Assembly (NCBI GenBank): GCA_009783305.1
Contig: WRHJ01000002.1
Location: 87,097-151,096, forward strand
Direction: 5' to 3'
Source of the DNA: Candidatus Saccharimonadota bacterium
Lineage (GTDB): Bacteria; Patescibacteriota; Saccharimonadia; Saccharimonadales; Saccharimonadaceae
DNA length: 64,000 bases
Shown here: positions 38,224 to 46,820 of the stretch, piece after piece
Position numbering within the stretch: the first letter of the stretch is position 1
Layout: every line of letters begins with the position of its first letter
Position numbers and translations under genes: made by a program
Notes under the pieces: generated by a model
Seen by the model: only the letters and a program-made list of their open reading frames with translations
The model's database searches: none
What the model was told of the DNA's origin: nothing

Positions 38224-39379
38224 AGTTGACCAGCCCGGTGCCGAAAAATATTCTTCCGCTCGCATGTTCGGCGCGCTCCTCCGCGACGAAATGGCCCAAA
38301 ACCCCAACTTTTTCTTTTTCTCACCCGACGAAACCTCTTCCAATAAACTAGATGAGATTTTCGAAGCTTCCGATCGCGCCTGGGCCGAATCTACTAAACC
38401 TTGGGACAAATACCTCCAACGCGATGGCCGTGTTATCGAGCTGCTTTCTGAAAACACTCTTTTCGCCACTCTCGCCGGCCACATCTTTAGCGGTGGCCAA
38501 GGCGCCATGACCAGTTACGAAGGCTTCTTCCCGATTATCAGCAGCCAACTCGATCAACATCTCAAATTCCTCCAACAAAGCAAAGAACTCAAGTGGCGTC
38601 CCAAATATTCTGCCACTAATCTTCTCTCCACTTCCACTTGTTGGCGCCAAGATCATAACGGCTTCACCCATCAAAACCCCACCCTTATCTCATCTCTTCT
38701 CGCCAAACCATCCAATCTCGTCAATTGTCTTTTCCCAGTCGATGACGTTGCCTCCGCCGCCGCTTGGGAATTCATGACCCAAACCAAAGATGTTGTAAAT
38801 CTTACAACATTTAACAAAACCAACGAACCTCGCTGGATCGATATCAATCACGCCCGTTTCCAACTTACCAACGGCGGCTGTTCTGTCTTCCAATTCGCGT
38901 CCGATCCTGAACCTGACATCATCCTCGTCTCAGCCGGCGACATCGTCACCAAAGAGCTGCTCTACGCCCGTGAAATTATCAAGCAAGAACTCCCCGACCT
39001 TCAAACTCGCGTTATCAACATCGCCGCCCTCAGCTACCAAGCCATCGGCACCACTCAACACAAACTCAAACAACAAGATTTTGACGATTACTTCACCACC
39101 GACAAACCCATCATCGCCAACTTCCATGGCTACCCCGAAACCCTTCGCAGCATCCTCGCTCACTACGCCGACGCCAAGCGCCTCGACGTTCACGGCTTCG
39201 AAGAGCAGGGCAGCACCACTACTCCTCTCGACATGCTCACCCGCAACCGCGCCTCCAGGTTCGACCTCGCCATAGCCGTCTTCAATCAAACCAACCACCC
39301 TGAACTTGTCGAAAAGTATCAACAGCAAATCAACGAAAACACCGAATATATCAAGATCTACGGCACCGACAAGTATTGA
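38204..39379 (+). CDS. xfp: Phosphoketolase, middle + C-terminal fragment
   Basis: FFFFSPDETSSNKLDEIFE...WRQDHNGFTHQNP...RVINIAAL. The ATG is preceded by AAGGAG and overlaps the upstream ORF by 20 nt in the +1 frame. Confidence 0.85.
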   Translation: MMNLPDRVDQPGAEKYSSARMFGALLRDEMAQNPNFFFFSPDETSSNKLDEIFEASDRAWAESTKPWDKYLQRDGRVIELLSENTLFATLAGHIFSGGQGAMTSYEGFFPIISSQLDQHLKFLQQSKELKWRPKYSATNLLSTSTCWRQDHNGFTHQNPTLISSLLAKPSNLVNCLFPVDDVASAAAWEFMTQTKDVVNLTTFNKTNEPRWIDINHARFQLTNGGCSVFQFASDPEPDIILVSAGDIVTKELLYAREIIKQELPDLQTRVINIAALSYQAIGTTQHKLKQQDFDDYFTTDKPIIANFHGYPETLRSILAHYADAKRLDVHGFEEQGSTTTPLDMLTRNRASRFDLAIAVFNQTNHPELVEKYQQQINENTEYIKIYGTDKY

Positions 39380-40084
39380 TTACATCTCCGCGTTCGTATG
39401 CACTGCAGTCACATCATCCAAGTCATCGATCGCATCCAAAATTTTTTCCACTTTCGCTAAATTATCCCCCTCTACTGGCACCATGTTATTTGGCACATAT
39501 TGTAGCTCGGCAGACGAAATCTCAAACCCGCCTGCCAACAAAGCCGAACGCACCTTCGCCAAATCCCCGCCAGCCGTATAAATTGTTGTTCCATCATCCT
39601 CTTCAACCACATCTTCCGCCCCACCATCCAGCGCCGCCATCATAATCTCATCTCCCTTAGCCGAGGTGAAAATCACGCCCTTACGCGCAAATTGGAACAT
39701 CACCGATCCTGGATCCGCCATCCGCCCGCCATTTTTCTCCAAAGTATGCCGCACCTCCGGCAAAGTTCGATTTTTATTATCCGTCGCAATTTCGACAATA
39801 ATCCCAACGCCTCCCGGGCCATACGCTTCATAAGTTTCCTCAATCAAATCCGCCGCTGACTTATCCGCCGCTCGCGCCACCGCGCGATCCACATTCGCCT
39901 TAGGCATATTCGCCTGTCGTGCTTTTTCCAAAATCATAGCCAGCGCCGCATTAGTCTCCGGGTCAGTCCCAGCTCTCGCCGCAATGGCGATCTGGTTACC
40001 AATTTTTGTGAATATTGCGCCGCGCTTTGCGTCGACAACGGCCTTATGGCGCTTGGTCGTTGCCCATTTGCTATGTCCGCTCAT
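39380..40084 (-). CDS. yebC: YebC/PmpR family DNA-binding regulator
   Basis: MSGHSKWATTKRHKAVVDAKRG N-terminus, 234 aa. Confidence 0.93.
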   Translation of the reverse strand: MSGHSKWATTKRHKAVVDAKRGAIFTKIGNQIAIAARAGTDPETNAALAMILEKARQANMPKANVDRAVARAADKSAADLIEETYEAYGPGGVGIIVEIATDNKNRTLPEVRHTLEKNGGRMADPGSVMFQFARKGVIFTSAKGDEIMMAALDGGAEDVVEEDDGTTIYTAGGDLAKVRSALLAGGFEISSAELQYVPNNMVPVEGDNLAKVEKILDAIDDLDDVTAVHTNAEM

Positions 40085-40120
40085 ACCTATAAAATCCTTA
40101 TTTCCTCCATTATATCATGA

Positions 40121-40126
40121 TATAAT
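40121..40126 (+). promoter_or_regulatory. -10 box 8 nt upstream of the ackA ATG (leaderless candidate)
   Basis: TATAAT, 8 nt, then ATG at 40135. A TTATTT lies 17 nt upstream. Confidence 0.4.
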
Positions 40127-40134
40127 ATCTCCAT

Positions 40135-41316
40135 ATGAGCAAATTAATATTAATTACCAACCCCGGCAGTGCGTCCCGTAAGTACGCCCTTTTTAACAAC
40201 GAAAACTTTTTGGCTTCCTTCCATTTCGAATATGAAAATGGCAGCGTCGTCTGTAATATCAAAGACATCGATGACGGCAGTAAAGCCATCAAGCCCGACT
40301 TTACTGACCTCGCCGATACTGTCTCTCACATCGGTGAAATCCTAGAGCAAGAAGGTTACATCAATGATCAGCACAAACTTTCTGCTATTGTCGCCCGCCT
40401 CGTCGCCCCTACTGACTATTTTGCGCAGCATCACATCGTCGATGACGAATTTATGAAGCACCTCGAAATTGCCAAAGACCGCGCCCCCCTCCACACGCCT
40501 GTCATCGCCGCCGAAATTACTCATTTCCGCCAAAGTTTCCCCGACCTCCCCATCATCGCCATTTCCGATTCTGCTTTCCATGCCAATAAGCCTGAACTCA
40601 TGAAATATTACCCCTTCGATACCGATCTAGCCGACAAAACCGGCATCAAACGCTACGGTTATCACGGTCTGTCCGTCGGCTCCATCGTTCATACCATGAA
40701 ATCCGAAGACATCCTGCCCGAAAAGCTCATCGTCGCTCATCTCGGCTCCGGTTCATCCATCTCTGCCGTTTTCAACGGTATCGCTATGGATACTTCCATG
40801 GGCTACTCGCCTCTCGAAGGTCTCATGATGTCTACTCGTTCTGGCTCTATCGACGTCGACGCCGCCATTGCCCTCAAACACGAACTCGACCTCGACGACG
40901 AAGGCCTCGAAAAATATCTCAACAAACAAGCCGGCTTGCTTGGTGTTTCTGGTTTCAGCGACGACCTGCGCGAAATTATCAAAAAGCGCGATGAGGGCGA
41001 CGAAAAAGCTGCCTTTGCCCACGCCCTTTTTGTCTATCGCATCCAAAATCTTATCGGTCAGATGGCTGCCTCACTCGGCGGCGTTGATGCCCTCGTCTTT
41101 ACCGCTACCATCGGCGAACGTTCTGGTGAAATCCGCCATTACGTTTCTCAAAAACTTGACTATCTCGGCTTCCGCCTCGACGAAGCCAAAAACAAAAAAC
41201 CCGTATTCCATGGCAACTACGCCAACATTGCCGCCAAGGAATCTAAACCCATCTACGTCATCCGCACCGACGAAGTCGCCGAAATGATTCGCCTCGCCAT
41301 CAAATTTATGGCATAA
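40135..41316 (+). CDS. ackA: Acetate kinase
   Basis: LITNPGSASRKYALF, RYGYHGLS, HLGSGSS, and a GERS-like motif (IGERSGEIR). Confidence 0.93.
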   Translation: MSKLILITNPGSASRKYALFNNENFLASFHFEYENGSVVCNIKDIDDGSKAIKPDFTDLADTVSHIGEILEQEGYINDQHKLSAIVARLVAPTDYFAQHHIVDDEFMKHLEIAKDRAPLHTPVIAAEITHFRQSFPDLPIIAISDSAFHANKPELMKYYPFDTDLADKTGIKRYGYHGLSVGSIVHTMKSEDILPEKLIVAHLGSGSSISAVFNGIAMDTSMGYSPLEGLMMSTRSGSIDVDAAIALKHELDLDDEGLEKYLNKQAGLLGVSGFSDDLREIIKKRDEGDEKAAFAHALFVYRIQNLIGQMAASLGGVDALVFTATIGERSGEIRHYVSQKLDYLGFRLDEAKNKKPVFHGNYANIAAKESKPIYVIRTDEVAEMIRLAIKFMA

Positions 41317-41330
41317 CAAGAACACGAGAG

Positions 41331-41353
41331 AAAAGAGAGCTCGCTCTCTTTTC
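41331..41353. terminator. Hairpin/terminator after ackA
   Basis: AAAAGAGAGC-TC-GCTCTCTTTT palindrome. Confidence 0.45.
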
Positions 41354-41383
41354 CGAGAGTTCGCAGTTAGCGTCATTTTATGA

Positions 41384-41389
41384 TATAGT
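41384..41389 (+). promoter_or_regulatory. -10-like box 9 nt upstream of the aspS ATG (leaderless candidate)
   Basis: TATAGT, 9 nt, then ATG at 41399. Confidence 0.3.
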
Positions 41390-41398
41390 TTAAACACT

Positions 41399-43141
41399 AT
41401 GAGAACACTAGTCAAAGACCTAAAAAACCATCAAACTGTAACCGTCTCTGGCTGGATCAATTCGCGCCGCGATCACGGTGGACTGATTTTCATCGATCTG
41501 CGCGATCACACCGGCCTCATCCAGTTGGTCATCAATCCCGATGCCAATGAGGCTTTCAATCTTGCCGAAACCCTGCGCGACGAATTTGTTATCACTGCTA
41601 CTGGTAATGTCCGCGAGCGTGCACCTGAACTCAAAAATCCTAATATTGCTACCGGCGACATCGAAGTCGTCGTCGACACTTTGGAATTGCTCAACAAGTC
41701 CGAACCTCTGCCCGTTTCTACCCACGACGAAGGCACTCTTGCCGGCGAAGAGCTCCGTCTCAAATATCGTTACCTCGACCTGCGCCGTCCCCACATGCAA
41801 GACATCCTCAAGCGCCGCGCCGCTTACTACAAGTTCATGCGCGACTACATGGAAGAACACGATTTTATCGAAGTCACCACACCTATCCTCGCCAACAGCT
41901 CACCCGAAGGTGCCCGCGACTTCCTAATCCCTTCCCGGGTCCACCCTGGCAAGTTTTACGCTCTGCCTCAAGCTCCTCAGCAGTTCAAACAGCTGCTCAT
42001 GGTCAGTGGTCTGCCGCGCTATTACCAAATCGCCACCTGTTTCCGCGACGAAGATCCCCGCGCTGACCGCCTTTACGGTGACTTTTATCAGCTCGACCTT
42101 GAAATGTCCTTTATTGACGACGGTGAAACTGTCCGCTCCACTATGGAGCCTCTCATCAAGAGTCTCGTTACCGAATTTGGCGGCAAAAAACTGCTCAACC
42201 AAGAAGTCCCGCGCATCCCTTACCGCGAAGCCATGGAACGCTTCGGCATCGATAAGCCAGATTTGCGTTATGGCATGGAATTAATCGACCTCACTGAAGA
42301 CCTCAAAAACACCGACTTCTCAGTCTTCAACAAATCAGATTGCATCAAGGCCATTTGTGTCAAAGGCGGCGCCAAACTTTCGCGCTCGCAAATTGACGAA
42401 TTTACCGAGCAAGCCAAACGCCTCGGTGCTGGCGGTCTGGCTTACCTAACTTACGCCAATGACGAAGTCAAATCTCCCATTGCTAAATTCTTAAAGCCTG
42501 CCGAATTAGGCGCAATTGCCCAGAAGACCAACGCCCAAAAAGACGACGCCGTCTTCTTCGGCGCCGGCGACAGGGAATTGGTCAACAAAGTTCTCGGCCA
42601 ACTCCGCATTGCTTTTGCCGATCATTTCAACCTCAAAAATCCCGACGAAGTCGCCCTTTGTTGGATTGTCGACTTCCCGTTTTACGAGTGGGATGATGGT
42701 GCCAATAAACTTGATTTTGGCCACAACCCCTTCAGCATGCCCAAAGGCGGTCTGGAAGTCCTAGAAAACACCGAGAACAAACTAGATATCATCGCCGACC
42801 AGTACGACATGGTCATGAATGGTTACGAAGTCTGCTCCGGCGCCGTTCGCAACCACAACCCAGAAATTCTGTATAAAGTATTTGGCATTTTGGGCTACGA
42901 CAAAAAATATGTTGAAACCAAATTCACCGGCATGTTAAACGCCTTCAAATTTGGTGCTCCGCCCCACGCTGGCTGCGCTTTCGGCATCGACCGTATTTTC
43001 ATGGTCTTAAACGACACCACCAACATTCGCGATATTGTCGCCTTCCCCAAAAACGGCTCCGGCATCGATCTCATGATGGATTCCCCCTCTACTGTTGACC
43101 CTAAGCAGATTAACGAGCTTAGTCTCAAACTAAATTTTTAG
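41399..43141 (+). CDS. aspS: Aspartyl-tRNA synthetase
   Basis: OB-fold N-terminus (GWINSRRDHGGLIFIDLRD), class II motifs (FRDEDPRADR, GAPPHAGCAFGIDR), 580 aa. Confidence 0.96.
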   Translation: MRTLVKDLKNHQTVTVSGWINSRRDHGGLIFIDLRDHTGLIQLVINPDANEAFNLAETLRDEFVITATGNVRERAPELKNPNIATGDIEVVVDTLELLNKSEPLPVSTHDEGTLAGEELRLKYRYLDLRRPHMQDILKRRAAYYKFMRDYMEEHDFIEVTTPILANSSPEGARDFLIPSRVHPGKFYALPQAPQQFKQLLMVSGLPRYYQIATCFRDEDPRADRLYGDFYQLDLEMSFIDDGETVRSTMEPLIKSLVTEFGGKKLLNQEVPRIPYREAMERFGIDKPDLRYGMELIDLTEDLKNTDFSVFNKSDCIKAICVKGGAKLSRSQIDEFTEQAKRLGAGGLAYLTYANDEVKSPIAKFLKPAELGAIAQKTNAQKDDAVFFGAGDRELVNKVLGQLRIAFADHFNLKNPDEVALCWIVDFPFYEWDDGANKLDFGHNPFSMPKGGLEVLENTENKLDIIADQYDMVMNGYEVCSGAVRNHNPEILYKVFGILGYDKKYVETKFTGMLNAFKFGAPPHAGCAFGIDRIFMVLNDTTNIRDIVAFPKNGSGIDLMMDSPSTVDPKQINELSLKLNF

Positions 43142-43275
43142 GAACGTAACGACTCCAGAGAAAATCCTGCCTGAAACAGATTTCCCCTGCGACTAAGTTG
43201 GTTCCTAAAAATTTAGTTGAGACAAGCATAGCGTATGTGCTAAAATAGAATTGTAGCGAGAAGGAGTTATTAACT

Positions 43276-43869
43276 GTGAGTTTAGCCATCAAAAATCGCC
43301 ACCAGCCCGTCAATATTTTTCAGGCTACTTTTATTTTCTTCGCTTCTTTCTCGTTCTCCTTTGTTGTTGGCTCGCTCTCCTTCATCCCTCAAGAATCATC
43401 TGCTGAGGGCTATACCGGCATCGATCTCACGCCAGCTCTTGCCATGACCATCAATCTGGCTGATTTCAGCCTGCCTGCTACTGAGACTTTCAGCATCAAT
43501 GAATTTATCGAGATTGCCGACAATATCGACATCGAAATCAGCACAAATAATTCAAATGGCTTTGCCCTTACCATGTCCATCAGCAATTCTACCACTGGCC
43601 TAACCCATGCCAATGGCTTTACCACCATACCCAGCACTTCCAATTCATCAGCGGCCGATCTAGACATCAATACCTGGGGCTATAACATTGGTAGCGATGC
43701 CACTACCTTCCGCCGCATCCCCGGTCTCGGCAGCCAAACTATTCTCACCAGCACCAGTACTCCTACAGAATCTTCCACCACAACTGTCACTGTTGGCGCC
43801 AAAGCCGACACTACCTTCCCTTCCGGCAGTTATTCCAACACGCTTAGATTTACCGCCGTCACAAATTAA
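43276..43869 (+). CDS. Secreted WxL-like protein (197 aa), homologous to the C-terminus of giant 1
   Basis: GTG start behind GAAGGAG, signal peptide. STNNSNGFALTM...NTWGYNIG...SGSYSNTLRFTAVTN. Confidence 0.5.
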   Translation: MSLAIKNRHQPVNIFQATFIFFASFSFSFVVGSLSFIPQESSAEGYTGIDLTPALAMTINLADFSLPATETFSINEFIEIADNIDIEISTNNSNGFALTMSISNSTTGLTHANGFTTIPSTSNSSAADLDINTWGYNIGSDATTFRRIPGLGSQTILTSTSTPTESSTTTVTVGAKADTTFPSGSYSNTLRFTAVTN

Positions 43870-43878
43870 CCTTTTTGG

Positions 43879-43884
43879 TATAAT
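43879..43884 (+). promoter_or_regulatory. -10 box 6 nt upstream of the ATG (leaderless candidate)
   Basis: TATAAT, 6 nt, then ATG at 43891. Confidence 0.35.
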
Positions 43885-43890
43885 TGCATT

Positions 43891-44394
43891 ATGAAGAAAT
43901 TTCTAGCCTTTATTGTTTGCCTAGCCGCTTGCCTAATCATCGCCCCATCCGCCCATGCCGCTCAAATTTCCGAAGATCAAGCCGGCATCATCTCCATGAC
44001 TTGCGGCAGCATCCAACTCCAACTTAAAAATCTACAAAAAGCTGACTCGCGCATCCGCGTTTATCTCGGTTCCAAATATGAATTCGTCCTTACCAATCTC
44101 ATGACCAACCTCAATCTCCGCCTGGTCAAAAATAATCTCGCCAGCTCACCCCTATCTGCCTCTCAAACCACCTTCAACAGCGAACGCGAATTCTTCAAAA
44201 CTACCTTCACGGACTACGCCAAATCCCTCGACACCCTCATTGCCACTGATTGCAAATCAAACCCTTACAACTTCTATGATCATCTCGAAATCACTCGCAG
44301 TAAACGTGAAATTGTCCGCCAAAGCTACCTCCGCCTCAAAGACGTACTGGCCGATCACCGCGCCGTTGTCGTAAATTTTAGGGACAGTCTATGA
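43891..44394 (+). CDS. Secreted hypothetical protein (167 aa)
   Basis: Signal peptide ...APSAHA-AQ. Two Cys. ATGA overlap with the next gene. Confidence 0.55.
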   Translation: MKKFLAFIVCLAACLIIAPSAHAAQISEDQAGIISMTCGSIQLQLKNLQKADSRIRVYLGSKYEFVLTNLMTNLNLRLVKNNLASSPLSASQTTFNSEREFFKTTFTDYAKSLDTLIATDCKSNPYNFYDHLEITRSKREIVRQSYLRLKDVLADHRAVVVNFRDSL

Positions 44395-44753
44395 ACGACG
44401 AACCTATCGATAATAACGGCGGTCGCCGCCTTGCCACGCTCGGCATTGTCTCCATTTTGATTGCTTTTATCACCTCAGGCATCAGCTTATTCCTCTACAC
44501 CTCCTCTGGCGATATCTATCTTGATCGCTCTCGACCCGGCTTTATTTTTGATGACGAATCACCTAAGGACACCGAAGAGGCCAAACAAACCGCCATTTTC
44601 CCGCCCGACGGCCCTATCACCAAAGAAGCCATCAGCGACTATCTCAAGAAACTCGACGCCCTCGTCAAAGATATTTCTTCCGACCCCACTGCCTTCTCCT
44701 CTGACGCTCTATCCGATGAAGCTCTCAATATCGACGGTTCCGTCGACGACTAA
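44391..44753 (+). CDS. Membrane-anchored hypothetical protein (120 aa)
   Basis: One TM (LGIVSILIAFITSGISLFLY) and an acidic ectodomain. Confidence 0.55.
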   Translation: MNDEPIDNNGGRRLATLGIVSILIAFITSGISLFLYTSSGDIYLDRSRPGFIFDDESPKDTEEAKQTAIFPPDGPITKEAISDYLKKLDALVKDISSDPTAFSSDALSDEALNIDGSVDD

Positions 44754-44761
44754 TTCCGTGC

Positions 44762-44767
44762 TACAAT
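44762..44767 (+). promoter_or_regulatory. -10-like box 6 nt upstream of the ATG (leaderless candidate)
   Basis: TACAAT, 6 nt, then ATG at 44774. Confidence 0.35.
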
Positions 44768-44773
44768 ATCTCC

Positions 44774-45514
44774 ATGAATAAAGTCACTCTAGTCATCATT
44801 GGTATTATTGTTTTATGTTTTGGCGGCCTCGTCACTTGGTCTATTATCAGCTCGCGAGTAGATCCCACCGATTTCGATGCCTACGACTCGGCCTCTGTTA
44901 TCGCCCCCTCCGCTAGCAATGGCAATATTGGCGATCACGTTCGCGGCAAAACTGATTCTCCAGTCATCTTTGTTGAATATGCCGACTTCCAGTGTCCCGG
45001 CTGCGCCACCGCCAACCCCAGTATTGATGTCATCTTCGAGGAATACAGCGATCGCGTTGCCTTTGTCTTCCGCCATTTCCCCATCAATGGCCATCAAAAT
45101 GCCCGTGCCGCCGCTTCATCTGCTATCGCCGCCGGGCTGCAGGACCACTTTTTCGAAATGGTAGACATACTCTATTCCAATCAAGCCGTCTGGACTTATT
45201 CTAGCGGTGCTGAACGTACAGATGTTTTTATTAGTTTCTTCAAACAGATTTATCCAGATGGTGATGTCGACCAGTTCAAATCCGACATGGGCAGTTCCGA
45301 AGTTGCCAAAAAAATCAGTTTTGATTATGATCTAGGCGTCAAAAAGGATAAAGTTACTGGCACTCCTGCCTTCTTCGTCAACGGCAAATATATTGACATG
45401 TCCGGTGCAAGTGCCGCCGCCGAATTTCAAAATACTATCCGTGAAAGACTTGATGCTCAACTTGCCAAATTCAATCTTCCCACCGGCCCCGCTGTCGTAG
45501 ACGAAGAAGAATAA
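44774..45514 (+). CDS. DsbA-family thiol:disulfide oxidoreductase, membrane anchored
   Basis: N-terminal TM, FQCPGCA (CxxC), GTPAFFVNG. Confidence 0.8.
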   Translation: MNKVTLVIIGIIVLCFGGLVTWSIISSRVDPTDFDAYDSASVIAPSASNGNIGDHVRGKTDSPVIFVEYADFQCPGCATANPSIDVIFEEYSDRVAFVFRHFPINGHQNARAAASSAIAAGLQDHFFEMVDILYSNQAVWTYSSGAERTDVFISFFKQIYPDGDVDQFKSDMGSSEVAKKISFDYDLGVKKDKVTGTPAFFVNGKYIDMSGASAAAEFQNTIRERLDAQLAKFNLPTGPAVVDEEE

Positions 45515-45545
45515 AAAATAACCCCCGACGGGGGTTATTCTTACA
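45512..45545. terminator. Bidirectional intrinsic terminator
   Basis: AAAAAATAACCCCC-gac-GGGGGTTATT. The T-run is best on the minus strand. Confidence 0.6.
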
Positions 45546-45612
45546 TTTCAATGTATTCATTCCATTGAAGTGTGTCCACTCGCAGCGTCCCCTTGCGGTT
45601 TCGCTTTTTCAT
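45541..45612 (-). CDS. Candidate 23-aa micro-ORF (MKKRNRKGTLRVDTLQWNEYIEM)
   Basis: Strong SD (AAGGAGAACATCC-ATG), own promoter and terminator. It is below the ORF-track size cutoff. Confidence 0.3.
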   Translation of the reverse strand: MKKRNRKGTLRVDTLQWNEYIEM

Positions 45613-45699
45613 GGATGTTCTCCTTCTTGTTAAATCTTGTCGCCCTAACGACCTGACCCACCTCGCGTGCAATTGGGAAATTTTGAGGCGACAATAGCG

Positions 45700-45728
45700 A
45701 GTATATCAAACCCAACTAGGCCATGCAA
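45700..45728 (-). promoter_or_regulatory. Promoter for the leader + micro-ORF transcript
   Basis: Minus strand: TTGCAT, 17 nt spacer, TATACT, immediately downstream of the ruvA stop. Confidence 0.4.
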
Positions 45729-45745
45729 GCATAAAAGGTATCTAA

Positions 45746-46318
45746 TTAACTCTTTAGCGCCTTGCGCACGCGCTCTGCCGTCGATAATTTCGGGTCCACA
45801 TCAGCCAACGCTCGTGTCGCATCACCCAGCGTATAACCTAAAGCCATCAATGCTTCCATTGCCTCATCACTCTCATTAGCCTCAGCTTTTGCCTCGGTTC
45901 TACGTCCGTAATAAGTTGGCAATCCCACTTTATCCTTCAAATCCACAATCGCCCGATCCGCCGATTTCTTCCCCACACCACTTGCCCTCTTGATAAAATC
46001 CGCATCCGCATTGGCAATCGCATTACGTACCTCTTCTGGCTCCGCCAAAGACAAAATCGCCATCGCTCCCCGCGGCCCAATCCCTTGCACAGATATTAGT
46101 AGTTCAAACAACTTCTTCCCACTTAGTGATGAAAATCCAAACAATTCCTCCGCTTGCTCTCTCACATGATGATGCGTATAGACCTTTGCTTCATCCGACA
46201 AGGAAAATCTGTCCCAATCCAGCCGTGTCACCATTACCTCATAACCCACACCCGAAACATCAATAATCACTGACGAACCAAATTTTTCTACTACCTGACC
46301 TCTGATCTGCGCTATCAT
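45746..46318 (-). CDS. ruvA: Holliday junction DNA helicase subunit RuvA
   Basis: MIAQIRGQVVEK...GVGYEV..., HhH motifs (VQGIGPRGA, ASGVGKKSA). Confidence 0.93.
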   Translation of the reverse strand: MIAQIRGQVVEKFGSSVIIDVSGVGYEVMVTRLDWDRFSLSDEAKVYTHHHVREQAEELFGFSSLSGKKLFELLISVQGIGPRGAMAILSLAEPEEVRNAIANADADFIKRASGVGKKSADRAIVDLKDKVGLPTYYGRRTEAKAEANESDEAMEALMALGYTLGDATRALADVDPKLSTAERVRKALKS

Positions 46319-46343
46319 GTCTTTAGTCTAGCACGCTAAGGTG

Positions 46344-46820
46344 TTATCTTCTAGTCATCAGAGAGTGCGTAATTGCCGCCGCCAACGCATCCGCCGCATC
46401 ATCCGGCTTTGGCACTTGTTTCAGTCGCAAATGCAGTTTCACCATTTCCTGAATCTGTTTCTTCTCCGCTCGCCCATAACCCGTCAAAGTTTGCTTAATC
46501 TGCAGCGGCGTATATTCGTAAATTGGTAAGTTTTTTTGTCGCGCCACCAACATTGCCACGCCCCGCGCCTGCGCCACCGTTATGCCCGTCGTAATATTCG
46601 TATTGAAAAACAGCTTTTCAATTGACACCTCATCCGGCTTTTCCTCAATAATAATTTCCAGCAGGGAATTGTAAATATCCAACAGCCTGTCCGGTAGCGG
46701 CGTATGCGGCGGTGTCGAAATCGTTCCCGCTGTTACCAAATTTGCCATATTTTTCTTATCGATCTCAATCACCCCAAACCCACAGATGCCTGTACCCGGA
46801 TCAATCCCTAATATCCTCAT
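46344..46820 (-). CDS. ruvC: Holliday junction resolvase RuvC
   Basis: MRILGIDPGTGICGFGVIE... and ...DAADALAAAITH. Confidence 0.93.
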   Translation of the reverse strand: MRILGIDPGTGICGFGVIEIDKKNMANLVTAGTISTPPHTPLPDRLLDIYNSLLEIIIEEKPDEVSIEKLFFNTNITTGITVAQARGVAMLVARQKNLPIYEYTPLQIKQTLTGYGRAEKKQIQEMVKLHLRLKQVPKPDDAADALAAAITHSLMTRR

